Shown here: piece after piece, positions 51,666 through 63,951 of the stretch
Layout of the letters: the number at the start of each line of letters is the position of its first letter
Position numbering within the stretch: the first letter of the stretch is position 1
Source of the DNA: Callorhinchus milii
Lineage: Eukaryota
Length of the DNA: 64,000 nt
Assembly: GCF_018977255.1 (NCBI RefSeq)
Contig: NW_024704742.1
Coordinates: 5,148,001-5,212,000, forward strand
Reading direction: 5' to 3'
Made by a program: the position numbers and the translations under genes
Notes under the pieces: generated by a model
Seen by the model: only the letters and a program-made list of their open reading frames with translations
What the model was told of the DNA's origin: nothing
Databases searched by the model: none

Positions 51666-52075
51666 TAATCCTTGCATTTGATATAGCACCTTTCATGACA
51701 GGAAGATATCTCAAAGCACTTTACTGTAAAGTGTTATGACTGTGTGATTTGAAGGCATTCACAGCAACCAATTTGTGAACAGCAATATCCCACAACCAGC
51801 CATGAAGCGAACGACCAGTTTGGTTTGGGGTATTGTTGGCCAAGACTCCAGGAGAATCCCCCTTATCTTTTCCATTAGTCCCATGGGATCTTTAATATCC
51901 ACCTGAACAGACAGACAAGGACTTGGTTTAATGTCCTGTCTGAAATACAACACCTGCAACAGTGCACCACGTGGAGAGTCAGCCTAGATAGTGAGTTTTA
52001 TGTCCTGGCCTGGGAGGTGGGTGTGAACCCAAAATCTTTTGATTCAGATGAGAGTGCTCCATGCTGGGCCAGCCA
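51666..52075 (-). mobile_element. SacSINE1-like DeuSINE
   Basis: CCATGGGATCTTTAATATCCACCTGAACAGACAGAC core in rc orientation, plus head and tail. Confidence 0.85.
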
Positions 52076-52254
52076 GGTACTCAAAAACCTCGTGATCAGT
52101 TTTGTCTGGAGGATTGTTGCTGGAGGTCAGTGAGAAAAACTCACTTCTCTTTTTTAATAGCGTCCTGAGACCTTTAAGCTCCACTTCTACAAATAGACAG
52201 GACCTTTGTTCAAAGTCCTTTCTGAAGGATGGCAACTCCTTTTCTCTTTGACCG

Positions 52255-52428
52255 TGCCTTCAGCTCCCCTCTCGACTCTCTACCCCCTCCTCGCCCCCTC
52301 CCTTCCCTCCCCTCACCCTGACCATTTCCCCCCAATGCTCGGGTCCTGACCCAACTGTACAGCGCCTTGGGACGTCCTCCCGACGTGAAAGGCGCTCAAT
52401 AAATGGAATCTTGTTGTTGTTGTTGTTG
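52255..52428 (+). mobile_element. Young 5'-truncated L2 3' end (type A tail)
   Basis: AGCGCCTTGGGACGTCCTCCCGACGTGAAAGGCGCTCAATAAATGGAATC(TTG)n. Confidence 0.88.
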
Positions 52429-54727
52429 TCTTGATAATGCAGCATTCTCACAACACTGCGTTGAAGTGTCAGTCTCTGGAGTATGAGATCCAAATGCTGA
52501 CGTGGGGTTTGAACTCGCAACCTACTGAGCCAAAGGGGAGAATGCTACCAACTGAGGAAAACTGCGCAATCTATTTATCTTTCCCGATGTGGAAGGTGCT
52601 TTATCAATGTAAATGTGTATCGTAATGTAAGTAATGTAAACTAACTGTTTTGCCTGCGATTAGGATACTGTGCGTGTCTGTGGACAAGGTCACCGCACAG
52701 TGGAATGCACCACAGAAAGCTGGAGACCCTTCTGTGGTGAATTAGTTGGTTTTAGCCACGAAGACAGTAAAGATGCCACAGTTGGTCCTAGATTTCCTGA
52801 TAGAGCGAAGGGAAATGGCAGCTTGAGTTCCCACTCTCGACTGTTATCCAGTGACCTCTGCTGGAGAGTTCATGTGTGTGTGTGTGTGTGTGTATATACA
52901 CACGCACATTGGGAGAAGACAAATCGAGCTCAGATCTGATGATAATAGTAATAATCCTTGCGTTTGATATAGCGCTCTATCACATCGTTGAGACGTCTCA
53001 AAGCGCTTCGCAGAATGTACTGTAAATTGTGACTGTATTATGTGGGTGAAACACTGCAGCCAATTGCTCACAGCAGATCTCCCTACAATGAACTTACTAC
53101 TCTGTGGATACACACTGTCACACAAGAAAAATTGGCTTTTTTCATTGAATAAGGTGGCAACTCTAATTATTCAAGTCTGTACCATTATGAGCGATACTGT
53201 ATAACGTTTACTCAGGACAGAAAACTATAAATCCAGCGTCATCTGTGGATGAGGAAACATTCTTCAATTAAATCGTTTATTTGTTTGTGCGGCTTTTGAT
53301 CTCTCATCTGACAGACAAAGCTGTTTAGTGCAATGAATTATTTAACGGCTGTAAGTATTGCCAGGGACAAGTGCCAGTCAGAGCATATTCTTTCTGTCAT
53401 CGGTCCCTCTGGTCTCTTTGAGCCATGCCTGTCCTCAGATCCAGATACAGCTGACGACAACTCTTCCCCACTGATGATATTCTTAATGGGAGTGTTGGGA
53501 CATGGCCTGAGATGATTGTACCTTCGCTATTTCCTCTGCCCCTCTCCCCCGATTGGGGTAAAGGTTTTTGCACCCGGTGAGCGAGAAATAGCCTCACAAA
53601 CTCACTGGTGATTTCAAGACCAAGTCCCTCCTCCTCCTCCTGTTGCAATACAAGCCTGAACTATGTGGGTGTAAACTGTCCTCAACATCAACACACCCGT
53701 CTGCAGGACGGTCAGGCAGATTCACACCCAAATCTAATCACATCTCAGCTTACTCAGGGCTGCCAGAAACTAGTTCCACAGTGTGATTGGCAGAGGCTCA
53801 GGAGCAGCTTGCTTCCTCACCTTCTCATCGCAGTGAGACATAGAAAGAGGGGGAAAAGATCTGAAATAAATAAGATAGAATAGAAAATGTATTGGGAAGT
53901 GCAGCTCCCAGCGTCGGTGACAATTGGGATCCATTGAGTCACACTTATTATTTTTTTTTAAAAATCGCTGTGTCCTATGGACTGTATCTGGTTGTTCTCA
54001 GTCACCAGGTCGATGCTTGTGCAATGCTTGGGATTAAGCTTTGAGCCTGCTGCTGGCACTCAATGAATGCATTGAGCTGATGCCACTCCCTCCCTTATTC
54101 TACCGCACAGAACACTTTGTACCACGACTAATAGGGAAACATAATAATCTTTTTGATATACATGTATTTCTGCAATCACCGCAGCTTCTTAGAATCGATT
54201 ATCTCAGTGTTATCTTAGCGCCTTGATAGCAGACCCCATCTTAACACAACCATATTACCATGAGATCATTATTTGGGGAGGACAAGTTTGCAGGGCTACG
54301 GGGAGAGAGCGGGGGAGTGGGATTGAATTGCAAAGCTCTTTTCAAAGAGCCGACACAGGCACGATGGGCCGAATGGGCTCCTTCTGTGCGGTGTTATTCT
54401 GTGATTCTATGATATCAGAGTGAGGTCTGACCCCCAGGCTGACAATTCATTATTCTCTTTCTGCTGCTCACCATGTTGAAGGAAAAGATCCTGGCTGTGC
54501 ATGTGGTATGTGGAAAGGTGGGGCTCGTTTCTGTGGAAATTGTTTTAATCCTAACCACATCAAGGCATTTCTAATCTAAACAGTAATACAATGTCCAGGA
54601 TAACCCATTAGTAAATGCCTCATTAGCCCGGCCCACTTGTATGCTTTCAACAGGGTGTCCTATGACGTTTGCAGTCACTGGAAGTAAGGTACAGTTATAT
54701 CAAATGCAAGGATTATTATTATTATTA

Positions 54728-54983
54728 TCATCTTAAAATTAGAGCTAGGCCATTTAGAAGTGAAATCAGGAGGCAGTTTTTCCACCCAAAGGGTAGTGGT
54801 AAATCTGGAACGCTCTCTCCCCCAAAAGGCTGTGGATGTTGGATCCATTCACATTTTCAAGACCGAGGTCAGGGTATCAAGGGATACAGGGCAAAGGTGG
54901 GAAATTGGAGTTGAGGTACAGATTAGCTTTGATCTCATAGAACAGACTCAAGGGGCTGAATGGCTTACTCTTGTGTTTCTATA
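54728..54983 (+). mobile_element. CR1 LINE 3' fragment
   Basis: Encodes HLKIRARPFRSEIRRQFF and QRVVVNLERSLPQKAV; 3' UTR AGGGGCTGAATGGCTTACTCTTG. Confidence 0.85.
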
Positions 54984-55709
54984 AGTTGATCCAGTCCATC
55001 TATAAGATCCATTGTAAAGAGATCAGGATAGGCAACGTCAAAGAAATAGCCACAGGAGGACTCAGTGTCATTCAATAGTTATTGAGCAATATTAAAAAGG
55101 ATCCCTCCTTGTCCACCTTTCCTCCTGTCTCTCAGATTAACCATCTGAAAATATCAAGGACATTCCTCATGGCAGCCTCAGCTCAAACACAGCTCCCACG
55201 TCCCAGGAGAGAATTCAATACTGTTGCTCCTCGGTTGCCTTGAATTTAAATGAACAGCTTCAACCTGAAACAAACAAGTAAACCCTTTGAGAGCAATCCG
55301 TTGCAGCTGTAAATGTTGCTGGCAGATAAAAAGAGGCGAATCCTGTCCACACAGACTTGAGCATCTGCTGATCATTCTTTTTGGTATCAATTTCAAATTC
55401 CTTCTGCAGATGCGTCCTGCTGAGATTATAGCAATAACTTGCACTTGAATGGCACCTTTCATGTAGAATTAATGTCCAAAGCACTTAGTATTTATAAAAA
55501 TAGGGAACGCTGAACAGGTAGAGAGAAAAGTTAGGAATGCTAGTTATTTTATGTTGATGTTTAAATATTAAAAATGAATATATTTAACTATTAATCTAAT
55601 ACTTATGTTGTGTTACCCTTAAATTAATTATGTGGACCGAAAGTATGCTTTTAGGAAGGTTTTGAAGGCAGAGAGAGTCACCGAGTTGCAATAGATTTTG
55701 GAAGAGGGA

Positions 55710-56137
55710 TAATGATAATAATAGTCCTTACATTTGATACAACGCCTTTCGTGTCAGCAGGACAGCACAAAGTGCTTCGCATGATTTACTGTAAAATTTA
55801 GTGACCGTGTTTTTCGTAGGTGAACGCAGCAGTCAATTTGCACACCGCATTTTCCCGTACAAAGCCATGGAGTGAGTAACCAATTTTATTTTATTGTTGG
55901 CCAGGATACCAGGAGAAACTCCCTTCCCTTTTCCAAAACTGTCAAGGGAACTTTGACGTCCGCGTGAACAGACCTTGGTTTAATGTCTCATTCGAAGGGC
56001 GGCACCTCCAACAATAGAGCACTTTCCCAGCCCTGCACTAGAGTAGTATCTTAGAGTATATGAGTTCTGATGTGGGGGTTGAACCCACAATCTTCTGAAT
56101 CAGCGTTGAGAGTGATACCAACTGAGCCAAGCTGAAA
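55710..56137 (-). mobile_element. SacSINE1-like DeuSINE
   Basis: CCTTGGTTTAATGTCTCATTCGAAGGGCGGCACCTCC core and ACCAACTGAGCCA head in rc. Confidence 0.85.
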
Positions 56138-57452
56138 CACAAGGGGTATGGACACAGTAGTTCATCCACCAACAGAGTGGGCGCAGAAACGGGCGAAGGT
56201 TTGTTAAGGGTATTGCAATTTGAGTAGGAGAGTAGGGTTGGAGGAGATTCCGGAGATAGTGGTGTCGGAGATAATAGAAGCCGTTCAGAGGGCTGCTATG
56301 TAGTTGGAGAAGCAGACAGATAAAATATCTTCAACTGAAGTGAACTGAACCATACTGCAACAGAGCTGCAATGTTTCCAAACATAAGCAGGAAGCTGAGA
56401 GACCCAGCTCCTGAGTTACATTTGGATCCACAACATTTCGGCTATCTCCTTCTGTCATCAGAACTTGATTTTGAAAATATGTATTTATTTATTTATAAAT
56501 ATAACATTTAGTACAACAGAAATCCAAAACAAACACAACGACTTCTGTTACAATTTTTTCCCCCTTCTCTCTCCATACAAAAAAAACATTCCGTTGATTT
56601 CGGTACATTCCTTTACCGGCCAACTAATAGGAGGGTGTAAATTAAGAAATGTAACACAGTTGTCAGATTTTTCAATCATTCCTTGTGCTGATCAACATAA
56701 GGAACGTCTTGAGGAACAACACAGATTTTGTCCCTGATTTCTTGGTGACACGGGGACATCAACCTGGGTCCAAAACACTCAATGTCCAACACTTGACGTC
56801 CTCCAGACTTGAAAGGCGCTATGCAAAAGTAATGTTGTTGTTGGTTGAGGTGAAAGGTGCAATATAAATGTGAGTTGTTGGTGTGATTGTTACCTGTTTT
56901 AACCGTCAGCAGCTTGTTCACTTGTTCCTGAAAATCACTTTGGTAACAAATTGCCAGTTTTCTTACGACTCACCAAAGGATCTTTGAAAGCAATTAAAAC
57001 CATTCAGAGCAGGAATGGAATTCGACACTGGAGTTGCGCTCGTACGAAGATACGTCCAGCGGCGTTGGTGGTACTTTAAAAACGAGGACACAGTCATCAC
57101 AAGTTGCTACCTCTTTCTCACTCCCACAACTTGGTGAAAGAGCTGATATCAGGTCTTTTTTGCGCTAGTTCTTTTGCGTTTAAATATTTCACAAGAGGCA
57201 TCATGCATCTTCCCTAAGAAGCAGTGCAACCAATCTCAGCCTGGACCTCGAGAGCCCCTCTGACAGCCTAGTTAGTGAAGTTGAACAAGTTCCTGTCAAC
57301 CAAGCAGTGATGGGATAAGGAGGAGCCATCCGCGGCTGGAGCATCATAGAAAAAACAGATATTTACAGCTCAGAAGGTTTAAAAGTAATCCTTTCAGTCC
57401 CACTTTTACTAGCCCTTTCCCCATACGACAACAAGAACAAAATTACATTTGT

Positions 57453-57725
57453 ATAATAATAATCCTTGCATTTGATTTAGCGCTTTTCACGTCTTCCAGA
57501 CGTCCCAAAGCGCTTCACAGAATATATATTGTGAAGTGAATTGACTGTCTATTTGTGGGCGAACGCGGCAGCCAATAGCGCACAGCAATGTCCCACAAAC
57601 AGTTGTGGATTGAAAATGACCAATTTATTATTGTTTTGGAGGGATTATTATTAGGGCTCTGTGTGGAGTAAGGAAACTTGCCCAAGGTTTCGCCCTCTGC
57701 CTGGAATTGAACTCAGGTCTCTCAC
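57453..57725 (-). mobile_element. Young SINE (5'-truncated) inserted into an L2 3' tail
   Basis: L2 tail is split into 57428-57453 and 57723-57765 around the SINE. Confidence 0.88.
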
Positions 57726-58189
57726 CTTTCACGTCGGGAAGACGTCCCAAGTCACTGGGCAATCAGTGTTTCGGACCCGAAACCTCTGTTGTTTACTGCT
57801 TTTTAAGATTGGCTACCTTTTCCCTTTTGAAAGCTAATACGGATTCTGGCTCAAACACTGCTCTGAGGCACGCAGGGCATTCCATATCCCAACTACTCTG
57901 TGCCGTGAAAACATCTTCCCTAACCTCCACGTCAACTCAGCCAATAACTAGTGAGTTATTTGAATCTGCCATTCTCTGTTACCTTCAGAATCCATGTGAG
58001 CCATCCATGTCTCTTTTACACTGCACACTGTGTGTTGAGAACACACCAGCCTTGTCAATTTATTGCACAGAACCTCGGAACAGTACATGATAGACACAGG
58101 TCATGAGGTCAAAAATACTTGAAAGATTGCTGGTAATGACTCCAGACATCCTGAAGGAAATTCCATAAATTCACTACCCTCTGAGTGAA

Positions 58190-58518
58190 TAATAATAATA
58201 ATAATAATCCTTGTATTTGATATAACGCTTTTCACGTCGGGAGGACAGCCCAAAGCGCTTCACAGAACACACTGTAAAGTGAATTGACTGTCTATTTGTG
58301 GGCGAACGCGGCAGCCAATTGCGCACAGCAATGTCCCACAAACAGTCGTAGATTGAAAATGACCAATTTTTATTATTTTTTTTGGTTTTGGAGAGACTAT
58401 TATTAGGCTCTGTGTGGAGTAAGGAAACTTGCCCAAGGTTTCGCCCTCTGCCTGGAATTGAACTCAGGTCTCTCACTTGCAAAGCGAGTGCTCTAACCAC
58501 TGAGCTACAGGACTCCAC
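58190..58518 (-). mobile_element. Young full-length SINE with 7-bp TSD, inserted in CR1
   Basis: GAGTGAA at 58183-58189 and 58519-58525 flanks the element. Confidence 0.95.
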
Positions 58519-59340
58519 GAGTGAAGAAGTGTTTCCTCAACTCTGTTCAAAAAGATTGACCCTTAATCTTAAGATTGTGACCCCTAGTTATAGATTCTCC
58601 TACCAGTTTCACACTGTCTACTCTGTCAAGCCCCATAAGAATCTTATGTTTCTATAAGATCACCCCTAATTATTCTATATTCTAGGGAATATAGGACTAG
58701 TTTACTCAATCTATCCTCATAGGTCAACAACCTCATCCCAGGAACTAACCTTGTGAATCTACGCTGCATCCCCTCCAAGGCAAGTATGTCCTTTCTTGAA
58801 TAAGGAGACCAAAACTGCACACAATACTCTAGGTGCGGTCTCACCAAGGCCCTATATAGTTGCAACAAGACTTCCCTACTCTTGTATTCTAACCCTTTTG
58901 CAATAAACGCCAACATGTCATTAGCCTCCCTAGTTGCTTGCTGTATCTGCATGCTAACTTTTTGTGACTGGTGTACAAGGACACCCAAATCCCTCTGAAC
59001 ACTAACACTATCTAGTCTCTCCCCCTCTGCTTTTCTGGTTTTACTACCTAGGTGAATAACTTCACAGTTCCCCACATTATATTCCATCTGCCACCTTCTT
59101 GCCCACTCACCGAGCCTATCCATGTCCCTTTGCAATCTTTTTGTGTCATCCTCAGAGCTTGCTCTCCCACCTAGCTTAGTATCATCCGCGAATTTAGATA
59201 TTTTAAGTTCTATGTCCTCATCTAGATCATTGATATCGATTGTAAATAGTTGAGGCCCAAGCACTGATCCTTGTGGCACTCCACTAGTCACATCTTGCCA
59301 ATCTGAGAAGGACCCGGTTATCCCTACTCTCTGTTTTAAC
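58519..59340 (-). mobile_element. CR1 LINE reverse transcriptase fragment (5'-truncated, non-functional); continues to ~58160 beyond the SINE
   Basis: ORF 58644-59363 encodes SGVPQGSVLGPQLF, KFADDTKL, RDLGVLV, LYRALVRPHLEYCVQFWSP, RGDLIET, the canonical CR1 RT motifs. Confidence 0.95.
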
Positions 59341-60047
59341 TGTTTTAATCTTTGAAGTGTCAAAGATTCTCATCTAGATATGTAGCCTATTTTGATATAT
59401 GTCACCTTTTGAATGATTGCATTGATCCAGACTCAGAGGCCACTTGTGGCAACAATTCTCTGACTGATGAATTCCTGAAGTACAAAGATAGTAGGGTACC
59501 AGCCATATGCATGTGGAAGTGAGCCCCATGTCTGCAGATGATGATAATGTCACTGAGAGGGACATACAGATGATGGAAAGGAACAAAGATAGATATCAAG
59601 ACAGTGTAGAAGGGGCATGAGGAGAGGAAGCTGTGCGGGCAGGAATGGCGTGGAGATAACCGGGTCAACCTGATCTGCCCCTTAAGTACTGCTGACATGC
59701 CAAGCTGGCTGGTCTGTTATCAGCAATGCCTTAGAATACTGTGGACTATTCTGGCTCAGGAACTGGACAACTTTATCGCCCACAAATATCACCCTTTTCC
59801 ACAGACATTGGGATAAAAAAAATGTGGGATTCCTGAACACTTTGTGATTGATCCTCAATTAAGGAATGTTGATAAAATGTCCTTCGAAACAACGGGATTA
59901 CATTTGTATAGCGCCTTTCACGTCGGGAGGACGTCCCAACATTTCGTGGAACACTCCCAGAAACCTTAAATCATGCTTGTGTACAAATCTGACTGAAAGT
60001 GCTCGGACCCATCACCTTGGATTTCCACCTAGCGAGGACTATTGCAA

Positions 60048-60494
60048 ATAATAATAATAATCCCTGCATTTGGCATAGCGCCTTTGACGTCGGAAGGATG
60101 TCCCAAAGCACTTCGCAGGATTTACTGTGAAGTGGAGTAATTGTGCATTTATAGGTGAACGTGGAGGCCAATTTTGCACACAGCGATATCTCACAAACAG
60201 AGATGAAACGAGCAAGCGATTTTATTTGGGGGCACTGTTGGCCAGGACAGGCCAGGAAACTCCCTTAGCTTTTCAAGTAGTGCTATCTTTAATATCCACC
60301 CGTAAGGGTGAACAGGACCCAGTTTTAACGTTTCATCCGAAGGACGACACGACTGGTAATGCAACACCCCCCAGCACTGCGTTGGAGAGTCATCTTATAC
60401 TACGCCAGTCAATTCCCGATGTGGGGCTTGAATCCACAACCTTCTGACTCAATTCAATCGGTAGCGAGAGTGCTACCAACTGAGCCAGGTGACA
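60048..60494 (-). mobile_element. SacSINE1-like DeuSINE, near full length
   Basis: Tail, Deu core (TTTAACGTTTCATCCGAAGGACGACAC) and head (GAGAGTGCTACCAACTGAGCCA) in rc. Confidence 0.85.
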
Positions 60495-60782
60495 CACATA
60501 AATAATGGGTGACATACGTAAGCAGGTGACACATTACAGGATTTCCTTTTAGGAGTGTTTGTAACTCGATACTTAGTCTGGTATTCCACGAACTTCTGCA
60601 GCGAGGCCGAAGATAAAGTAGGGTTTCTGGCAGGTGTAGACTACAAAGCCTAGGAATATTTTAAACGGTTTGGGGTTGAAGATCTCAGATTGCAGCCTTT
60701 CACAGCTGGCATGCAGGCGATCGATTTAATTAAATTGATATCTGATGAAGTGGCTCCCGAAAGGCTACTCACACTTTAAAAA

Positions 60783-61926
60783 GTGGAGTCCTGTGGCTTA
60801 GTGGTTAGAGCACTCGCCTCGCAAGCAAGAGGTTTGATTCCCAGCTGGGGCGAAACGTTGGGCGAGTTTACTTACTCCACAAGCCTCTGTTTACCTGGTG
60901 GTAAGCAGGAACTCGGTTGTTAGTCGATTGGCGGGTTGCGTTTCCGGGGGTAATAGCCTCTTCAAAAAAATAAAAATTAATAATTTGGTCGCTTCAACCC
61001 TGTGACGGTTCTCACTTCTAATCGTACACCCGAGTTATGACAAGGTGTTCGGTGTCCATGGTGGCCTCTGATTAGGTGCTTTCTCCGTATCGTGCAAGTT
61101 CCCTCTCTGAGTGATGCTCCGCTGAATGAGAATTTATACACAATGACAGCTAATCCCAATGCCTTATTGCGCAATCAAGGGATACTTTCACCAGCGTCCT
61201 TCGCAGACAGCTGACTTCCACAGTAACCTGCTTGTGTCTCTCCCTCCCTCCTTGAATTTAACAGAGACTTGAGAAGCACCGTATAGAAAACTCAACCGTG
61301 TTTTGTTGGACCCTACTCCTCAACACTACCGGAACAAGATAAACTGTCGCAGCGTTAGGAAATAGAAAAAAAAACCCTGACACTGTAACTGTGACGTTGG
61401 CAGCTTTACCCAAAACCCAAAACTCAGGCACATATCTCCTGGAAGACACTAAAGGCCAAGAGAGCGACCTTGAGTTCAATGGACGCCCCCTTCCCCCTCT
61501 CCTTTTATATTGTTCTAATTCCTCTCCTTCCAATGTATGGCTTTGTTTCAGTATCGCATCAGGACCCACGTGATCTTTTCCCACCTCTTCTGTTGCAACA
61601 CTCACCCAGGTCACAGACTTGTGTTGTCGAGGCTGTACCGCTTTCAAATCATACTCTGGTCCCTAAATGCGCTGAAAGCGAAACTGGCTTATTTTATACA
61701 AACTCTTATGTATACAGACTATCTACGGTAATATCCTTAAAAACAGGTGGAGCGTCCATTCATAACCCACGACTGTTTGTGGGACGCTGCTGTGCGCAAT
61801 TGGCTGCCGCGATTCAGCCACAAAATGTACAGTCAATTCACTTTACAGTATATTCCGTGAAGCGCTTCGAGACGTCTCGAAGACGTGATAAGGCGCTGTA
61901 TCAATGGCAAGGATTATTATTGTTAT
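60783..61926 (+). mobile_element. Older tRNA-headed SINE split into 60783-61000 and 61765-61926 by an insertion
   Basis: Consensus GGTCACTTCAACCC|ACGACTGTTTGTGGG is interrupted exactly after ACCC and resumes with ACCCACGACTG. Confidence 0.92.
61001..61764 (-). mobile_element. Putative solo LTR (764 bp) with 4-bp TSD ACCC
   Basis: Plus-strand ends TGTGACGG... and ...CCATTCATA (TG...CA with one change); TSD at 60997-61000 and 61765-61768; TATAAAAG on the minus strand at 61502-61509; no coding capacity. Confidence 0.72.
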
Positions 61927-62669
61927 AAAAACAACTTAGTATGGCAGTTCAGAGCATTTTAAGTTTGGTTTAGGCACTAGCATTAATCAGACGTGGTCGG
62001 ACAATTTCAAAACACATTGCAGCGTTGTTAATTTAATTGAGAAAACTACAATTTTGACTGCTGCAGGTTCTGCAAAACCATTAGAGGGCTTCGGGGTCAA
62101 ATGAGCCGCAAAGACAAGAAGGCAAAAACTATACAAAGAGATGGGGGGGACATTTCATAACCAGTCTAAAAGTTCTCAACTGCCTGAAGAATTAAACATC
62201 AGGAATGACAATCTCGTTTTGCTTCTGTTGATTATGATTCTGTTGATACGAAATGTAAGTTTTTTTTGCTTGCCATTCGGTCCATGGTTGATTTGTGACT
62301 CTCTTTCCCTGATACAGTCAGATTTTGTCCAGGTGACTGACAGTACAGTGACATGATATGTCAGTTCATGCTCAAGTGTCATTCTACATTTGTGCGCACA
62401 GCAAGGTTGTCTAAGATGACTTCATATTGGCTTGTTATATATATATATATGATGTATACTATATATAATGTTTATGTGTGTAACATTTAAAATAAAATAA
62501 TGCTTGTTTTTTTATATAAACTGTTTATATATGTTGCTTCCATTTTCCAAATACCAATGAGGAATCAGAATATGTGACATTGATTAATTTTACCATTTGC
62601 AGCAAACTTAGCTGATTTTGCCGTGAAGTGATGTTCATACCTGTAATCTGGACACACCTGTAATGGGTG

Positions 62670-62984
62670 TAATAATAATAATCCTTTGCATTTGATATAG
62701 CGCTTTTTACGTCTTCTAGACGTCTCAAAGCGCTTCACAAAATAAATACACTGTACAATATATGTATATTTGTGGGCAAAATGCGGCAGCCAATTGCGCA
62801 CAGCAACGTCCCACAAACAGTCGTGGATTGAAGTGATCAATTTATTATTGTTTTTTTCTTGAGGGATTATTATCAGGCGTGTTGGAGTAAGGAAACTTGC
62901 CCAAGGTTTCGCCCTGCCGGGAATCGAACACAGGTCTATCGCTTGCGAGGTGAGTGCTCTAGCCACTGAGCTACAGGACTCCAC
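62670..62984 (-). mobile_element. Full-length tRNA-headed SINE, intermediate subfamily
   Basis: CpG-retaining head, internal segment absent, old-type GAGACGTCTAGAAGACGT tail. Confidence 0.93.
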
Positions 62985-63739
62985 AAATGTAAACTAATTA
63001 ATGGGCATCAGGAATTGTTGGCAGAACAGACTGGGAGACTGACAGTGGAAAAAGGCCTCTAGTCGTTGAATTATTCATCTACGAAAAGATGTCTCCTGTC
63101 ACGCGTTATTTTTGTTATCTCTGAGTTGAATCCCTAGGGCAGTGTTTGTGTAGGAAGATTGGTATTTCATCTGAACTATGACATTTTATGGAAAGCAGAG
63201 CAACAGAGCTGATTACAAATGATAGTAATTTTATATGGCATTTTTTTTGATGAACCTTGACTTTATATATCAGTTGGCTTTCGAGTTTTATAATATCTTC
63301 TGTGCAATATTTTCCTGCTTAACCTCTCATGCTGAATGATTTTAATAAGATAGTTTGGAAAGTGTTCATGCAGAATTATGTACACATCAGCGCAGAAAGA
63401 ACGCGTCGTTAATTCAAGTCCTATGTATTTCAACCAAGATACATATCGCTCTGTTCGGCTTTCACTCGAAAAATGTTTACATGCGCAATAAATAGTGATA
63501 TCAATAATTAAAATGTTTTTTTATAATTCAAGAGTTTTTATTTCGAGGCAGTGGGATTGATGTGGAAAGTATTAAGAAGCTAGAGTGCAACTGAAACTTG
63601 GCTGGGGATGACAGGGCATGGCTTAATCGTGGGCACTTGTATCTCTGAGTCAGAAGATCGTGGGTTGAAGTCCCGCATCAGAACTTTGAGCTCATAGTCC
63701 AGGCCAGGGATGATTCAACACTCTAGCGCAATTGTTAGA

Positions 63740-63951
63740 CGATGTCCCAAGGCATTGAGCAGTAAGGGATCCACACCCGAGCTGGTGGTTGGGATCAGAA
63801 GGGCTGGAAGGGTAGGGGTAGGAGAGTGACATAAGGCACGGTCGAAGAGGAGGGTCTTGAGACGGGTCTTGAAGGAGGCAAGGGAGGGGGCGAGGCGGAG
63901 GGACTGCGGGATGGAGTTCCACAGAGTGGGGGGGAAGAGAGGCTGAAGGCA
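63740..63951 (-). mobile_element. L2 LINE 3' fragment
   Basis: rc encodes AFSLSSPTLWNSIPQSLRL...SFKTRLKTLLF, followed by 3' UTR. Confidence 0.88.

Noticed and set aside
53430..53515. Peptide DTADDNSSP after a CAG, resembling SHB exon 2 (TIADDYSDPF)
   Set aside because: Lacks the invariant Tyr, DPFD and GYMEPY motifs; chance similarity.
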